The notes below the pieces were generated by a model. It was not told the DNA's origin and made no database searches. It worked only from the letters and a program-made list of their open reading frames with translations. The translations under genes and the position numbers were made by a program. A DNA stretch of 62,935 bases, counting the filler, from Rhabdomonas costata (lineage: Eukaryota), in NCBI GenBank assembly GCA_019059605.1. It is 11 parts of 11 records of this genome, joined end to end, with 100 filler letters (N's around TTAATTAATTAA, not from the genome) between each part and the next. Parts side by side here need not be neighbours in the genome. Positions count along the whole stretch, not along the records: positions 51,721 to 57,274 come from JAHMHO010000058.1; positions 57,375 to 62,935 come from JAHMHO010000059.1; 9 more parts are not named here. One strand, written 5' to 3'. Positions 51,848-62,935 of this stretch are shown piece after piece; position 1 is the first letter of the stretch, and each line of letters starts with the position of its first letter.

Positions 51848-53349
51848 TGAAACTATCAGAACAGTCCAATTTTGGCAGGGATTTCTAAATCCCTGCACCA
51901 CTTTAAAAACAAGCCGAGGTACTTTCAGAAAGGTCGTGGACATAAACTTCCGTCACGATTCCACGCATGTTCGGAGGAAAGGCACTCCTCTCGGGCAGAA
52001 GGGCCAACAATGTCCGATGAAATCCTATCGGCTGTGAGTGTGTGATGTGCAGACGAGCCCATGAGTGATCTCGCAGAGGGAGTGTGGACTACCTGTCGTT
52101 TTTGTTTACCCACACGACGCCGTAGCATGCAGCAAAAAAAAAGAAATGAAGCACTTTCGTTTATGATAAAGCTGTATCACGCGCTCTTAGACAGCACTGC
52201 CGATACGGGTCTGCGAAGGGGGGGCGTTTAATATACCACGCCCCAAAACGGATCGCGTTCGGGCGAGCGCTTGGAGATCACCAGATACTCGTAAACACCA
52301 GCTACACAGTGCATTTAGTGTCATCAACATTAGCGCAGTGCTTGCGCTGCTCCATAATTGCTTTAGTCCATGCTACGCGCAGCAATCATCGTCAAACGTG
52401 ACGCGTTCAGAAATAGCTTATCACCCAACACCCCGAATCAAGCCCGAATTGAGGCCAACCAAAACGTTATAAGTTATATAAATGAGATTTCTGCATGCAA
52501 ACCAAGACCTAATTAAAGGCACAAGAATACAAAATTTACCTTCTATCTCTTTTTACCTCTGAAAGAAATTAAGGAAAGGCGCATAAATGGAAAAAACATA
52601 TGTCTACACAGCACATCCACACAGCACTGGGTACTGCAAGTTCAAGCTCAATTAAAATGTAAGGCATCCCACTTCCAACATTTTTGTTAGTAAAGTGTTT
52701 TTCTTCTGCTGCTGCTTCTTTGTGCCGTTTCCGTGGTTATTTGGCTTCGGAACTCTTGGCCATACATCAACGGAGACAACGGAAACCCTAATGCCACTCA
52801 ATTGTGGCAGTGGGCACCACGATGGCCGGAACCAGGACGGTTTGCTACACCACCAATGTCAAGTCCCGGCGTAAGGCTTTGATGCCGGACCTTGCCGCAA
52901 CGAATCGGGCGCGCAATGGAACCAATAACCAAATGATATTTTGCCCCAGGAAAGAAAACGTGGAAACGTAAAATGAAAATTCAAAGCACAATTTGGAAGT
53001 ACAAAACAAAATACAAAGCAGAGACTACTTACACAAAAGTTGCACTGCACAAAACGGCGAAAGTAGAGCGTCTCACCGTGGCTAACATAACAGACAAGAA
53101 AATATTCACATAAGGGGGGAGAAATCACTAGACTAATAGCTACGCAAAACAACGTCGCAAAGAATCAGTGCCATTGGCGCGATCTCCACGCAAGTTTTCA
53201 ACAGCAAAGCAATGACAAGCGCTAAAACGCAATTAATACCAATACGCATAGAGCAAATGAAAACAATAATGGTATGCCTGCGTGTATCGCCTTTGTTCTG
53301 CCACCGTTTTTGTGTGCCGCTTTGCGTTATTTTGTGCCCAATCTTCTGG

Positions 53350-56348
53350 CAGCGTTGCCGCGGCGCAAACCATGGTCTTTGGGGTTTAAGCTTTGCTACT
53401 AATTCTGATTTTTTTGCCCGGTTCCAAATTCTCGGCTTGTGAGTTATCGAATACTCGCGGGATTTCCTTGCAGGACCTACTCAGCCTGGCCCCGGACCGT
53501 GAACAGTATCACCAGCACGTAGTCAACGCCGCACGCATCGATGACCAATCCGTCAGGTCATGCGGACGTCATACAACCACCCGTGCCTGGCCTCCTGAAG
53601 GACATTCAAGCAACCTGTAAGGGCACAAACCCAACAGCCCATTTCCGAGGCCTGCTATACCAAGCCTCAGTATTCAGCAGAGGCCCCAAGGTATGCATGA
53701 GGGGGGGCGGGGCGTCGCGCGAGGTTTTTTCTTTTACATAATAGTAACACAGGTCGCCTACTACCGCAAGAAGCACGGTCGCATCTTGACAACTCACCCG
53801 CTTACCAGGGGTTCGATTTTGTCCATCGATTTTCTGGGCAAAAATTCCAAAATTTCAGTTTACGTTCACAAAAAAAAAGAGGATCACTGCGCTCAATTGA
53901 GGGCACAAGCAAAGAATGCTCCCCATCTCGTCCTTTTGCGCTTCGGAAACGGAAATAAACGCCACATTCAGGAAATGTTTCCAAATCATTTGCATCAGGA
54001 GGATGAGATGTCGGTCATCCTTCGGTGGGAAGAGAACACCCGAAATACTAATCGCCTTCGTCTTCGTAAACAAAAAAACACTCGTCCATTTTAAAGAAGA
54101 AAACACAGATGTATCCAGAAAAGCCTCGGATGACACCCCTCCCTGCTAATCCGGGGTAGAAGGATCGGTAAAGTTTCCATGTTTGTTGGAATTGGGGGAG
54201 GAGTGGGGGGGGGTGCAGGTTGAGAACGGCTTTGAGCGGGGGCCTCCGCTGACAGCCCCGAATGGCAACTAAAATGGGGTGCAGCTCTCTTTTACACGAT
54301 TGCTGCAAGAAAACTAGCAAACAAAAACGAACATAAGATACCATTACCTGCAACACTCTGAAGCTGGTCTGCGGGTATCCTTGCAGAACTCCAGACTTTT
54401 TGAAAAAGGACATCCCATCGGACAGTGGAGCATCCTGGGAATGTGGGTCTCGACGTTTGGTCGTTTGGTCGAGGTAAGATTTAGAAAGAATGGTCGTACC
54501 TCGATCCTCCTCCCCTATCCACCCAGTCAAGAAAGCATGAACAAAAATAGAGTGCACAAACAAAAAGTGTTCCCCCATGTCGCGCCTCTGCGCTTGGGAA
54601 TGGGCTGTGGGCACCGGTTTCAGAAAATGGTTTGAAATCAATTGCATCAGGAGGATGAGATGTCGGTCATCCTTTGGTGCGAAGAAAACGCGGGAGATCC
54701 TCTTTCTTTTAGTATAATAACTGACTTCAATGCGACTGAACTTGACATGAGCAAGAAAGAAAGCCTCACAAAAAAGTACCTTTCAGATGAGGAGGACGCT
54801 GATGTGTGTGTGACCTAATGTGGTTGGGGGAGTTTCTGACGACCCGGGCATCGTTGGGTAGTGGGTAGGGAACGGGGCAGCCCTTTGTGGTCCCGACGGA
54901 ACCTTGACCGCTAGTGAGCATAGAAGCATATCGACTGGACAGCAGGACAGGATTAAATTGAACCGGACCGGACATAATCTCAGAAGCCGAGCTCCAGCGA
55001 CCTCATCGTTGACTCATCTTTAGACGTATGGAATATGAGGTGAGTTGGTTCACTCTTTCTGGATTCTATCCTTCTTTGCGTCCACCCGTGCCTGGCCTCC
55101 TGAAGGACATTCAAGCAACCTGTAAGGGCACAAACCCAACAGCCCATTTCCGAGGCCTGCTATACCAAGCCTCAGTATTCAGCAGAGGCCCCAAGGTATG
55201 CATGAGGGGGGGCGGGGCGTCGCGCGAGGTTTTTTCTTTTACATAATAGTAACACAGGTCGCCTACTACGGCAAGAAGCACGGTCGCATCTTGACAACTC
55301 ACCCGCTTACCAGGGATTCGATTTTGTCCATCGATTTTCTGGGCAAAAATTCCAAAATTTCAGTTTACGTTCACAAAAAAAAAGAGGATCACTGCGCTCA
55401 ATTAAGGGCACAAGCAAAGAATGCTCCCCATCTCGTCCTTTTGCGCTTCGGAAACGGAAATAAACGCCACATTCAGGAAATGTTTCCAAATCATTTGCAT
55501 CAGGAGGATGAGATGTCGGTCATCCTTCGGTGGGAAGAGAACACCCGAAATACTAATCGCCTTCGTCTTCGTAAACAAAAAAACACTCGTCCATTTTAAA
55601 GAAGAAAACACAGATGTATCCAGAAAAGCCTCGGATGACACCCCTCCCTGCTAATCCGGGGTAGAAGGATCGGTAAAGTTTCCATGTTTGTTGGAATTGG
55701 GGGAGGAGTGGGGGGGGGTGCAGGTTGAGAACGGCTTTGAGCGGGGGCCTCCGCTGACAGCCCCGAATGGCAACTAAAATGGGGTGCAGCTCTCTTTTAC
55801 ACGATTGCTGCAAGAAAACTAGCAAACAAAAACGAACATAAGATACCATTACCTGCAACACTCTGAAGCTGGTCTGCGGGTATCCTTGCAGAACTCCAGA
55901 CTTTTTGAAAAAGGACATCCCATCGGACAGTGGAGCATCCTGGGAATGTGGGTCTCGACGTTTGGTCGTTTGGTCGAGGTAAGATTTAGAAAGAATGGTC
56001 GTACCTCGATCCTCCTCCCCTATCCACCCAGTCAAGAAAGCATGAACAAAAATAGAGTGCACAAACAAAAAGTGTTCCCCCATGTCGCGCCTCTGCGCTT
56101 GGGAATGGGCTGTGGGCACCGGTTTCAGAAAATGGTTTGAAATCAATTGCATCAGGAGGATGAGATGTCGGTCATCCTTTGGTGCGAAGAAAACGCGGGA
56201 GATCCTCTTTCTTTCATTGAAAAAGAACTGAGGACATGAACACGAAAGAAAGCCTCGTAAAGCAGCAGGCCAAGGTTGGCAGCGCTCATCGTAGACTGGC
56301 TTAAGCCTCACCAACACCTAGTACCTGTTATGACTGGAATGACACAGG
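53350..56348 (+). mobile_element. Degenerate, apparently intron-containing Mutator-like (MULE) transposase relic
   Basis: Ordered fragments YHQH, ILTTHP, EDEMSVILWCEEN, RLDSRTGLN* and LAALIVD..PV resemble MULE H-x-H, H.DD..SV..W.EE, D-S/T-x-G-x-N and L..LLV.D..PV motifs. Stops and frameshifts are present; no TIRs were found. Confidence 0.5.
53577..56214 (+). repeat. Near-identical direct duplication of ~1.13 kb (53577-~54709 and 55082-~56214, offset 1505)
   Basis: The copies differ by only a few substitutions. Each copy contains two diverged TGCATCAGGAGGATGAGATGTCGGTCATCCT blocks. Confidence 0.97.
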
Positions 56349-56413
56349 TAAACACGTCCTCTCTCTCTCTCTCTCTCTCCAGCCATCCTCGCGAAAAGTG
56401 AGCCGGTGCATAC

Positions 56414-57038
56414 GATGATGTAAATGTATGGCCCCAGGACGACCGCGGAGACCTCGCAGGCCTCCACGGGCATTCCGGTGTGCCCCCCGGTGGCCGTGCA
56501 CCACAGCCCCGTCTCAGGGTCGAACCTCTCAATCGTACGGTGCTCTACCCGCCCGTCGTAGCCCCCGAAGACGTAAATGGAGCCTCGAAAGGCCGCGACG
56601 GCAGGCGCGCTGTGGGCGCGCGTGTAGCGGCTACAGTGCACACAGACGGGAGCAAAATACCAATGAGCTTTCGTGGTGAGACCCACCGTCACGACGATAA
56701 GCAACAGTGTACCACCGCTAGGTGATGAAAAAACATTAAAGAAGAGTCAGCATGCTTGCCACATGCACAGAGATGAGATGAAACAGAGAGAAGGCGAAAA
56801 TGACACTGGGACATCTCGCAAATCTACAGCCCACACACCAAGAGACCACCAACTAGAGGCCACCCGAAAACGCCAGAGGCATTCGAAAAATCAGAAATCA
56901 AACCAATCACCAAAAGTTCGCCCTGCAGCCCCCGCGCTCACCTTCGCACAGTCTTCATGGGCGGCAGAGCGGTCCATGTTCGGCTGAGCACATCGTACCT
57001 CTCCATCGTATTCAGCCTGGTCTTGTTGTTGCGACCCC
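56414..57038 (-). CDS. Kelch-repeat protein, two internal exons
   Basis: Exons 57038-56942 and 56609-56414 join in phase: GGRNNKTRLNTMERYDVLSRTWTALPPMKTVRSAPAVAAFRGSIYVFGGYDG..IERFDPETGLW. Confidence 0.9.
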
Positions 57039-57374
57039 CTGGTGACACCCACACCATTCACACACACACACACACACACATCCGACAGAAGAAACACACA
57101 CATCCGACAGAAGAACGGCAGGAAAACCCCCAAACCCGCGTCATGCACAGCTGGGGGCGGGGGCGGTGCTGGACCCCCGGTTATCGTCTAACACCCGCTT
57201 CACGCCTCCGTGCATCCATCTTGCTGAGGGCTCCGTGGGACCCCCCCGTATGTGCATCGCCTCCAAACCCCACANNNNNNNNNNNNNNNNNNNNNNNNNN
57301 NNNNNNNNNNNNNNNNNNTTAATTAATTAANNNNNNNNNNNNNNNNNNNNNNNNNNNNNNNNNNNNNNNNNNNN

Positions 57375-60343
57375 TGTGGTGGGTGTGGTTGGTTGGGTGG
57401 TGACATCAGAAACAGCTGTACGTTTTGTACTACCGTAACAGCGTGCTGGGTGAGGAAGCTCAAAGAGGGCTGGTCGGCCTCGAGGCTTTCACTTCCGGTA
57501 CCGCGTAGAGTAGCACTACCATGTATAGCGTGCAAAGTCTCGATAGCAGGCGTATCAAGCGCGGTCGATACACCTTCCGATTGGACCGCCAGAGCAGCCA
57601 CCTCTCCAGAAACCACATGCACTCGCCGGAGACGATCGCTCTGACCTCGGATATGCAGACACCACAGCACAACCACGTACAAAAATGTCACACCACCTGA
57701 CACCAGAAGTACGATGCCTAGAGCAACTAGCTCCATTTCATGGGCACTGAGGTAGATGCGCATCGAGGGCGTCCCCGCTATGATCACCGCATCCTGGGTC
57801 AACACTTCCGGTATCAATCGGAAATCATACAGCCAGCCATCTCCCATCAAGCCCACGTATACAACCAGATCTGCGTACACGCTCTCTTTGCCAGCATTGA
57901 AAACAGGATAATTGTAAGTTTGGTCCTTGGGTGGGAATGCACACAGCGATGCAGAAACGCACTGCACCCAACCCACCGCAGAGTAGGAGGTCTGCCCATC
58001 CACAAAGAGCTGCGCCTCTACATTGCGAATGCCATTATACAACGTCACTGCAATGAAGTGCCACTGCCCGTCGAATACCTTCCGCAATCCCAGCGTCTTC
58101 AGGTCCCATGTTACAACTGAAATCCCTCCCAAAGGTTGTGCAAATACCAGGCTGAGGGTTTCCAGAGCTCCATCCGCGTGGAAAGCGTGGTACACCCGCC
58201 ACGTACTGTTGAAGTACGTTCCTCCACCCGTCTCGACAAAGTTCAGGACACGCTCCAATAACACGGAGTAGACCTGCGCAGAGGCTGGCTTCATCGTTTC
58301 CCAAATGTCGGAGGCAGCCCACACAAACCCTTCCGTGTAGTTGTTACCCTTGATCCAAAAGCAGAACGTGACGCCAGCCTTGGAAAACCTCCGGACCCGA
58401 TCCAGCTTACGGCCAACGTCGAACTCCACAGGAGGGCGGATCAGCTGCCAGGCGGAACGAAGCCACAGCCGTCTGGCGGTAGAGTTGAAGTACACTCCCT
58501 GAGGGGTCCAGGAAGGAGGTGCTGATGCAAGCTCGTTGTCGCTGAAATGAACGTTCCCTGGACTGTAGGGATCGACGGTGGAGTTTTCCGAAAAGACAAG
58601 ATGAAGGGGTCCAGGCTGACATGGAATCCACCGTACTGCCCGGCCGATCACACTTCCATCTGGAAAGCTGCCAGTCACCACACGGCAAGAGCGGTTTGCT
58701 TCAGACAGGTCGAGAAACGCTTGTGCCTCAGAAGCGATCATCCCAGGAGAGGTTTCCGAAGGCTGCGTAGAGAACGTATCGATGGCCGCGTATTGGTTGA
58801 AAAGCTTTGTGACCACGTCTGTAGGCAGGCACGTCACCCGCAAATACACGGAATATAGCAGAAAGTCTCGGAGGGTGGTGTCTGGGACGCATGTGCTGCA
58901 ATCCAGTGTGACATACTTTTTAGATTCGCAATCCGTCAAGGACTTGGCAAAGGCCACGCTTGCGGTGTACTGCCCGAACTTGTCACGCTGACAACTTGCC
59001 TTGATGTACAACAGCATCGGGGAGTATCCCGTGGACTGCAGCTCCACACAGCGGCCATGTGCCGGGGAACGGGCAACACCTATTGGGATGAAGCTGGTGG
59101 GAGAAGTAGCGCATTTCTTGCTGGAAAAAGTCTCCACAAAAAGGTCCGTATTGTACTTGGGGAAACTAGTCAAGGCATATTGGATGGCGAAGCCAGCAAG
59201 GCAGACAATGAACGTGGGAGCAAGAGAAATCACGGCCACCTGTAGGTCAACCCTATTTACACAGCGAGATGAGTAGATACAAATCACTGGCACCAACAGT
59301 AGCAGGCAGGTGAAGACTGAAACGCCAGCAAGAAGCTCACGGTACATGAAAATCCGCAAGGATGGGATGTGAGTTGGAACAACCAACCCCACAGCAGAAC
59401 TCTTGACGTACACCGTGGTGGACGGCTGAAGAAATTTGCTGCCTGGGGAAAAGGCAACGCGAACCACTGAGGTATTCTTGACGCTCTCCGGAAATTGCAA
59501 GGTGCACACCAAACTGCGGTTGCAGTACGATGGATTTTCGCCGGGAATGACGTGCCACCTCCACAACGCCGCAGAGCAACTCGCATTGGCCGAAACCCCG
59601 GAAAGAATGGCGAGGATGCCTGTCGCATTCATTGAGGGCGCTAAGAGCTGAGCACTGCCGTCTTGCGGAAAATCGGACCCCACACTCACCAGCAGTGTCA
59701 CACTTCGTACAAAACGGGGAGAGGACATTGCAAGGTCACAAAACAGCGAAGTGCAGTTCCAGGCGTTCAGAGCCGTTGCAAAAGTATTTGCATATACGGC
59801 GTCTGTGGTGACATCCAGCAACACCGAGGACCCCACCGCCAGCAGCATGGCTCGGTAGGACACAAGCTCGGACACTCCAGTGGGAAAGCTCTTTCCGCCC
59901 AGAAGCTTCGAAAATACGCCCCCACCGTCGCTCCCGAGCCCCAGGTACATTCCCTGGCAAGGCACGGAACTATCCGTAGCAACAGAAAAAGGAAGCCCAG
60001 CAAAAACCTGGCTCACGTAAGCCAGTGTGTTGGTATAGTTCATCGCCGGAATGGCAGCCACGGTGAGCACATACGAAACGAACCCGAATGGTGAGACCTC
60101 CGAGGCACACATCACCGCATTGGCAGGGCACGTGCATACACACCGCGCCATCAGGTCCGACCAACTTACCGACACTGCCGCAGTGTCCGCGCATGAGGAT
60201 TCCAGGGCGCATGCACCTGAAGGAACATCGCTGCCGAGCACCACGGAATGACCACCAGTGATGGGACTGCCAAACTCTTGAACAGAAGAACATGTTGCAG
60301 CCAAGAGCAGGGCACCCAATCCGAAGATACGGATTGGAAGCAT
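57375..60343 (-). CDS. Intronless large membrane protein, N-terminal ~980 aa: signal peptide, Cys-rich region, TM pair, LamG/ConA-like domain, TM
   Basis: Stop-free ORF of about 3 kb. MLPIRIFGLGALLLAA signal; LamG-like motifs VTFCFWIK, DGQWHFIAVT and LFVDG. A pyrimidine tract plus AG lies ~60 nt upstream of the ATG. Confidence 0.85.
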
Positions 60344-60667
60344 AGGAAGCCGCGCACGTGAGCACGAGAGAAAGCCGATACAATAGCTTGTGGCAAGCAA
60401 GAGCTGCGAAGAGAACGGGGCAGTGGAGAACGTAGAAGACCAAACTTGCAGAGCCCTGCCTTGGTCACAAAATTCACAGCATCTTGAGGGATAACGCGAG
60501 ATGCCAAGCTAAAAACTCAACCTTGGTGTCATCAAAGATCACGAAAGCGGGTTCTTGTTCTGGCATAAGAAAGGTGAACCCTGCCTCCACCGGTTCGATA
60601 TAAACACACAGCCCAAGGCGACTTTGCGCTTCCCGGCCCTTGGTGGTGGCTAGCTGAGCGGCTGAGA

Positions 60668-60700
60668 GGGTCAGGGTTGGGGTTAGGCTAGGGGTTAGGG
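60668..60700 (+). repeat. Degenerate telomere-like (TTAGGG-variant) G-rich tract
   Basis: GGGTCAGGGTTGGGGTTAGGCTAGGGGTTAGGG. Confidence 0.6.
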
Positions 60701-61395
60701 TGTTCGCGAGCCATGGGCACTTCACTCGCACCTGCAATGCCTATACTTGTAGATGGAGCCGACCGCTGCACCTTCCGAGGAGCGCGTCCCCTGCGCCCGC
60801 CGAGAACCCAGTTATCTACTAGTTGCTAGGGTAGACGGGGTGTGGCGGTGGCGTCCTTGCTAGCCGCACTGGACGAGTAGGCACCACGTATACAAACATG
60901 AGTGTTCGGTGTGTCCCGCACTTGAGTTTATTCCACAGATCTGTGCACTCCCCTGCCCCCATCGCGAAACCTAATCTTGTCGTGTCAATCCTGCCGTTTC
61001 CGTAATTATTTGGGAGAGAGGATGTGCTGGAGCGGGTCGGGTTGGGGTATGGTGATACCGTAGCTGGCCGGAGACGAAAAAAGTGTTCTTTAGATAGCGA
61101 AAATCAACCAATGAAAATTTAGCCATACAAAAGCCATAATCAGAATCAAATACCACACCACTTCGAAAGGTTCCTAACACATCAACACATGTTGCGGATT
61201 TCGAACATGTAATTTGCGTGGGAGTAAATACTGGACAGCAGAGAACAGAGAACAAAGTAAACAAAATGCACAAGAATGTTCGTAACCAACAAAAGAAAAC
61301 GACGTCCCGCTGAGATGGGCCGGAAAAGCACAAAAAACGCAAAATACAAGAGTACAACTGTGGCGGCACACATTCAGAACATAACGACTTCCACT

Positions 61396-62935
61396 TCACG
61401 CAACAGCAATTCCACAGTTCAGGGTGCTTGTAGCGGGTTGCTCGGAAGGGGCAGAGCAAAGCGTCCGGAACTCCTCCAAGGCCACCCGCACCTCGCGCTC
61501 TTGCCGGCGCCGTCGAAGCCTGCCCCTCACCCACCGCAAAAGTACCGGACCTCCCACAGAGTTGATCACCACAAACGCCACGAAGACAAGATACAAAACC
61601 GTCCACACCACCATGGCAACCCCAAGGTCCATACCCCCACCACGGATGGTGTTCGCCCGGTGCACACAGGAAAGACCAAGAAGCACTGATCCATAAATGC
61701 CTCCTGCACTCACCGCCGTCGAGCCCCACACGCTCATATAGGGCCGCAGCATGATCAGAACGGCACAGTACCCCATTTGCACAATCGCGGTGCCAAGAAG
61801 CTGTGCAAAGGAGTTGGGCTCCGCGCCCACCGCGGGGATGATGAACGCCACCTTAAATGTGTACGTCAGCATCGGCGCAAAGACAAGCGCGCGGAACACT
61901 AGCGCATTATACGCCCCGGTGACAATGCTGCTGTCGTACTTCAGAAGAAGAGTCCACAGTTCACCAGGTTCAGGGTTTACGTGGGCCTGGATCAGCTTCC
62001 GCCTGTGCCACATCGAGTAAAACAGCATGCCCAACATCCCGCCAGCGCACACAATCACCATACACGAGGCCACCGCGGAAATCAGAAACATCGGGTCACC
62101 TGAGCCCCAGCACCGCCGGAACTCGCATCGATAGATGGGGCTACAGGACAAAATCTGAGCCGCGGTCTGAATCGATGGCAAGAAAAGCACGTTGGCGAGC
62201 AAGAGCACAACCGTGCCAAGGTGCACATTCTCCAGCAGCGTGCTCGCAGCCTGCTCCAGCTTCGAGCGTTTCGAAGGTATCCGAGAGAAGCACTCCGTGC
62301 ACACCGTGTACCCGCAGCTTTCCACACCACACTTCCTGAATTTCATCGACTCCGAACACTTGGCTTCATCCAGCTCACCCCCATCAAGGCAAAGCATGCA
62401 TTTCACTCCATCATCAAGATGTGTGCACTGCACCAAACGCATTGCTGGGCTCGAAGACCCATGCAACGGACAGGCGCCATTATTTCGCAGCCTCAGCACA
62501 TGGATCAACTCCTTGCCCTGCAAGATGTAGAACTCAGTCGCGTTCATCCGCAAGGCTACCCCAGCTAAGGCTGTGGGAGTCCTGATGCGGCAGTTGCTTG
62601 ATTCTTTCATGTCCTCCAGCTCCCTCACCTCTTCAATGTCATATTGCTCTCCGTTGGGTCCAGCAAAAACTGCTCTAAACGAGCCCAAAACGTACTCGTT
62701 GGCCGCTGATGTCCTGCTTTCTCGCAGTTTCTGCATGAAACCCTCCACAATCTTCAAGAACCGTCTCTGATCAATCACAAGTAGCATGGTCAGATAGGTG
62801 AAACTGATGGTCGCCAGAGCGAACTGAAGAATCGTCGTCGCAAGTGCAGGAATCGCAGGAAATGCCAGGAGAAAGTTAAACGACACAAATCCAAAGAGGT
62901 TCCCAAAAGTCTCGCTGAAAATCTGAGGCCAGTGC
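61396..62935 (-). CDS. Intronless C-terminal ~510 aa of a multi-TM membrane protein with a Cys-rich loop
   Basis: Open from the window end (HWPQIFSETF) to TGA at 61396. Several hydrophobic helices and Cys clusters (CPLHG, CMLC, CGVESCGYTVCTEC). Confidence 0.85.
   Translation of the reverse strand, partial: HWPQIFSETFGNLFGFVSFNFLLAFPAIPALATTILQFALATISFTYLTMLLVIDQRRFLKIVEGFMQKLRESRTSAANEYVLGSFRAVFAGPNGEQYDIEEVRELEDMKESSNCRIRTPTALAGVALRMNATEFYILQGKELIHVLRLRNNGACPLHGSSSPAMRLVQCTHLDDGVKCMLCLDGGELDEAKCSESMKFRKCGVESCGYTVCTECFSRIPSKRSKLEQAASTLLENVHLGTVVLLLANVLFLPSIQTAAQILSCSPIYRCEFRRCWGSGDPMFLISAVASCMVIVCAGGMLGMLFYSMWHRRKLIQAHVNPEPGELWTLLLKYDSSIVTGAYNALVFRALVFAPMLTYTFKVAFIIPAVGAEPNSFAQLLGTAIVQMGYCAVLIMLRPYMSVWGSTAVSAGGIYGSVLLGLSCVHRANTIRGGGMDLGVAMVVWTVLYLVFVAFVVINSVGGPVLLRWVRGRLRRRRQEREVRVALEEFRTLCSAPSEQPATSTLNCGIAVA

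Noticed and set aside
53985..56200. Four ~35-bp repeats as a CRISPR-like array
   Set aside because: Spacing is hundreds of bases, the intervening DNA is itself duplicated, there are no cas genes and the context is eukaryotic.
54048..56317. 199-aa and 254-aa minus-strand ORFs in the duplication
   Set aside because: No recognisable motifs; splice signals and motif fragments lie on the plus strand.
1..62935. tRNA, rRNA, snRNA or spliced-leader RNA genes
   Set aside because: None were recognised by eye; a covariance-model search would be needed to exclude them.

Overview
This window is not continuous genome. It is 11 unrelated contigs of about 5.6 kb, joined by artificial 100-bp linkers (44 N + TTAATTAATTAA + 44 N). 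The DNA is intron-rich and eukaryotic, about 50% GC, with GT-AG introns. A class III cyclase ending in an EWMY motif, a divergent eIF4E, and pyrimidine-AG sites just upstream of start codons point to a euglenozoan, probably a euglenid (inference). Hand-spliced, phase-consistent gene models were built for: a glycosyltransferase-like gene plus a paralog exon, the CWF19L2 3' end, an atypical eIF4E, an FN3-metallophosphoesterase, a degenerate nucleotide cyclase, an RRM protein with a probable DEAD-box leader, a rhamnose epimerase/reductase, WDR20, a Kelch protein and several unknown proteins. Also present are a frameshifted bacterial-type alpha/beta-hydrolase pseudogene, a duplicated MULE-like relic, a small MITE-like inverted repeat and an (AAAGT)n array. 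The most striking items are contig 11, which reads as one circularly permuted unit of an intronless ~1500-aa LamG/multi-TM gene; an eIF4E that appears to lack the W56 cap-stacking aromatic; and a 447-nt stop-free in-frame intron. No prokaryotic system (CRISPR, operon, defence island) is supported. Family assignments come from motif recognition, not database searches.
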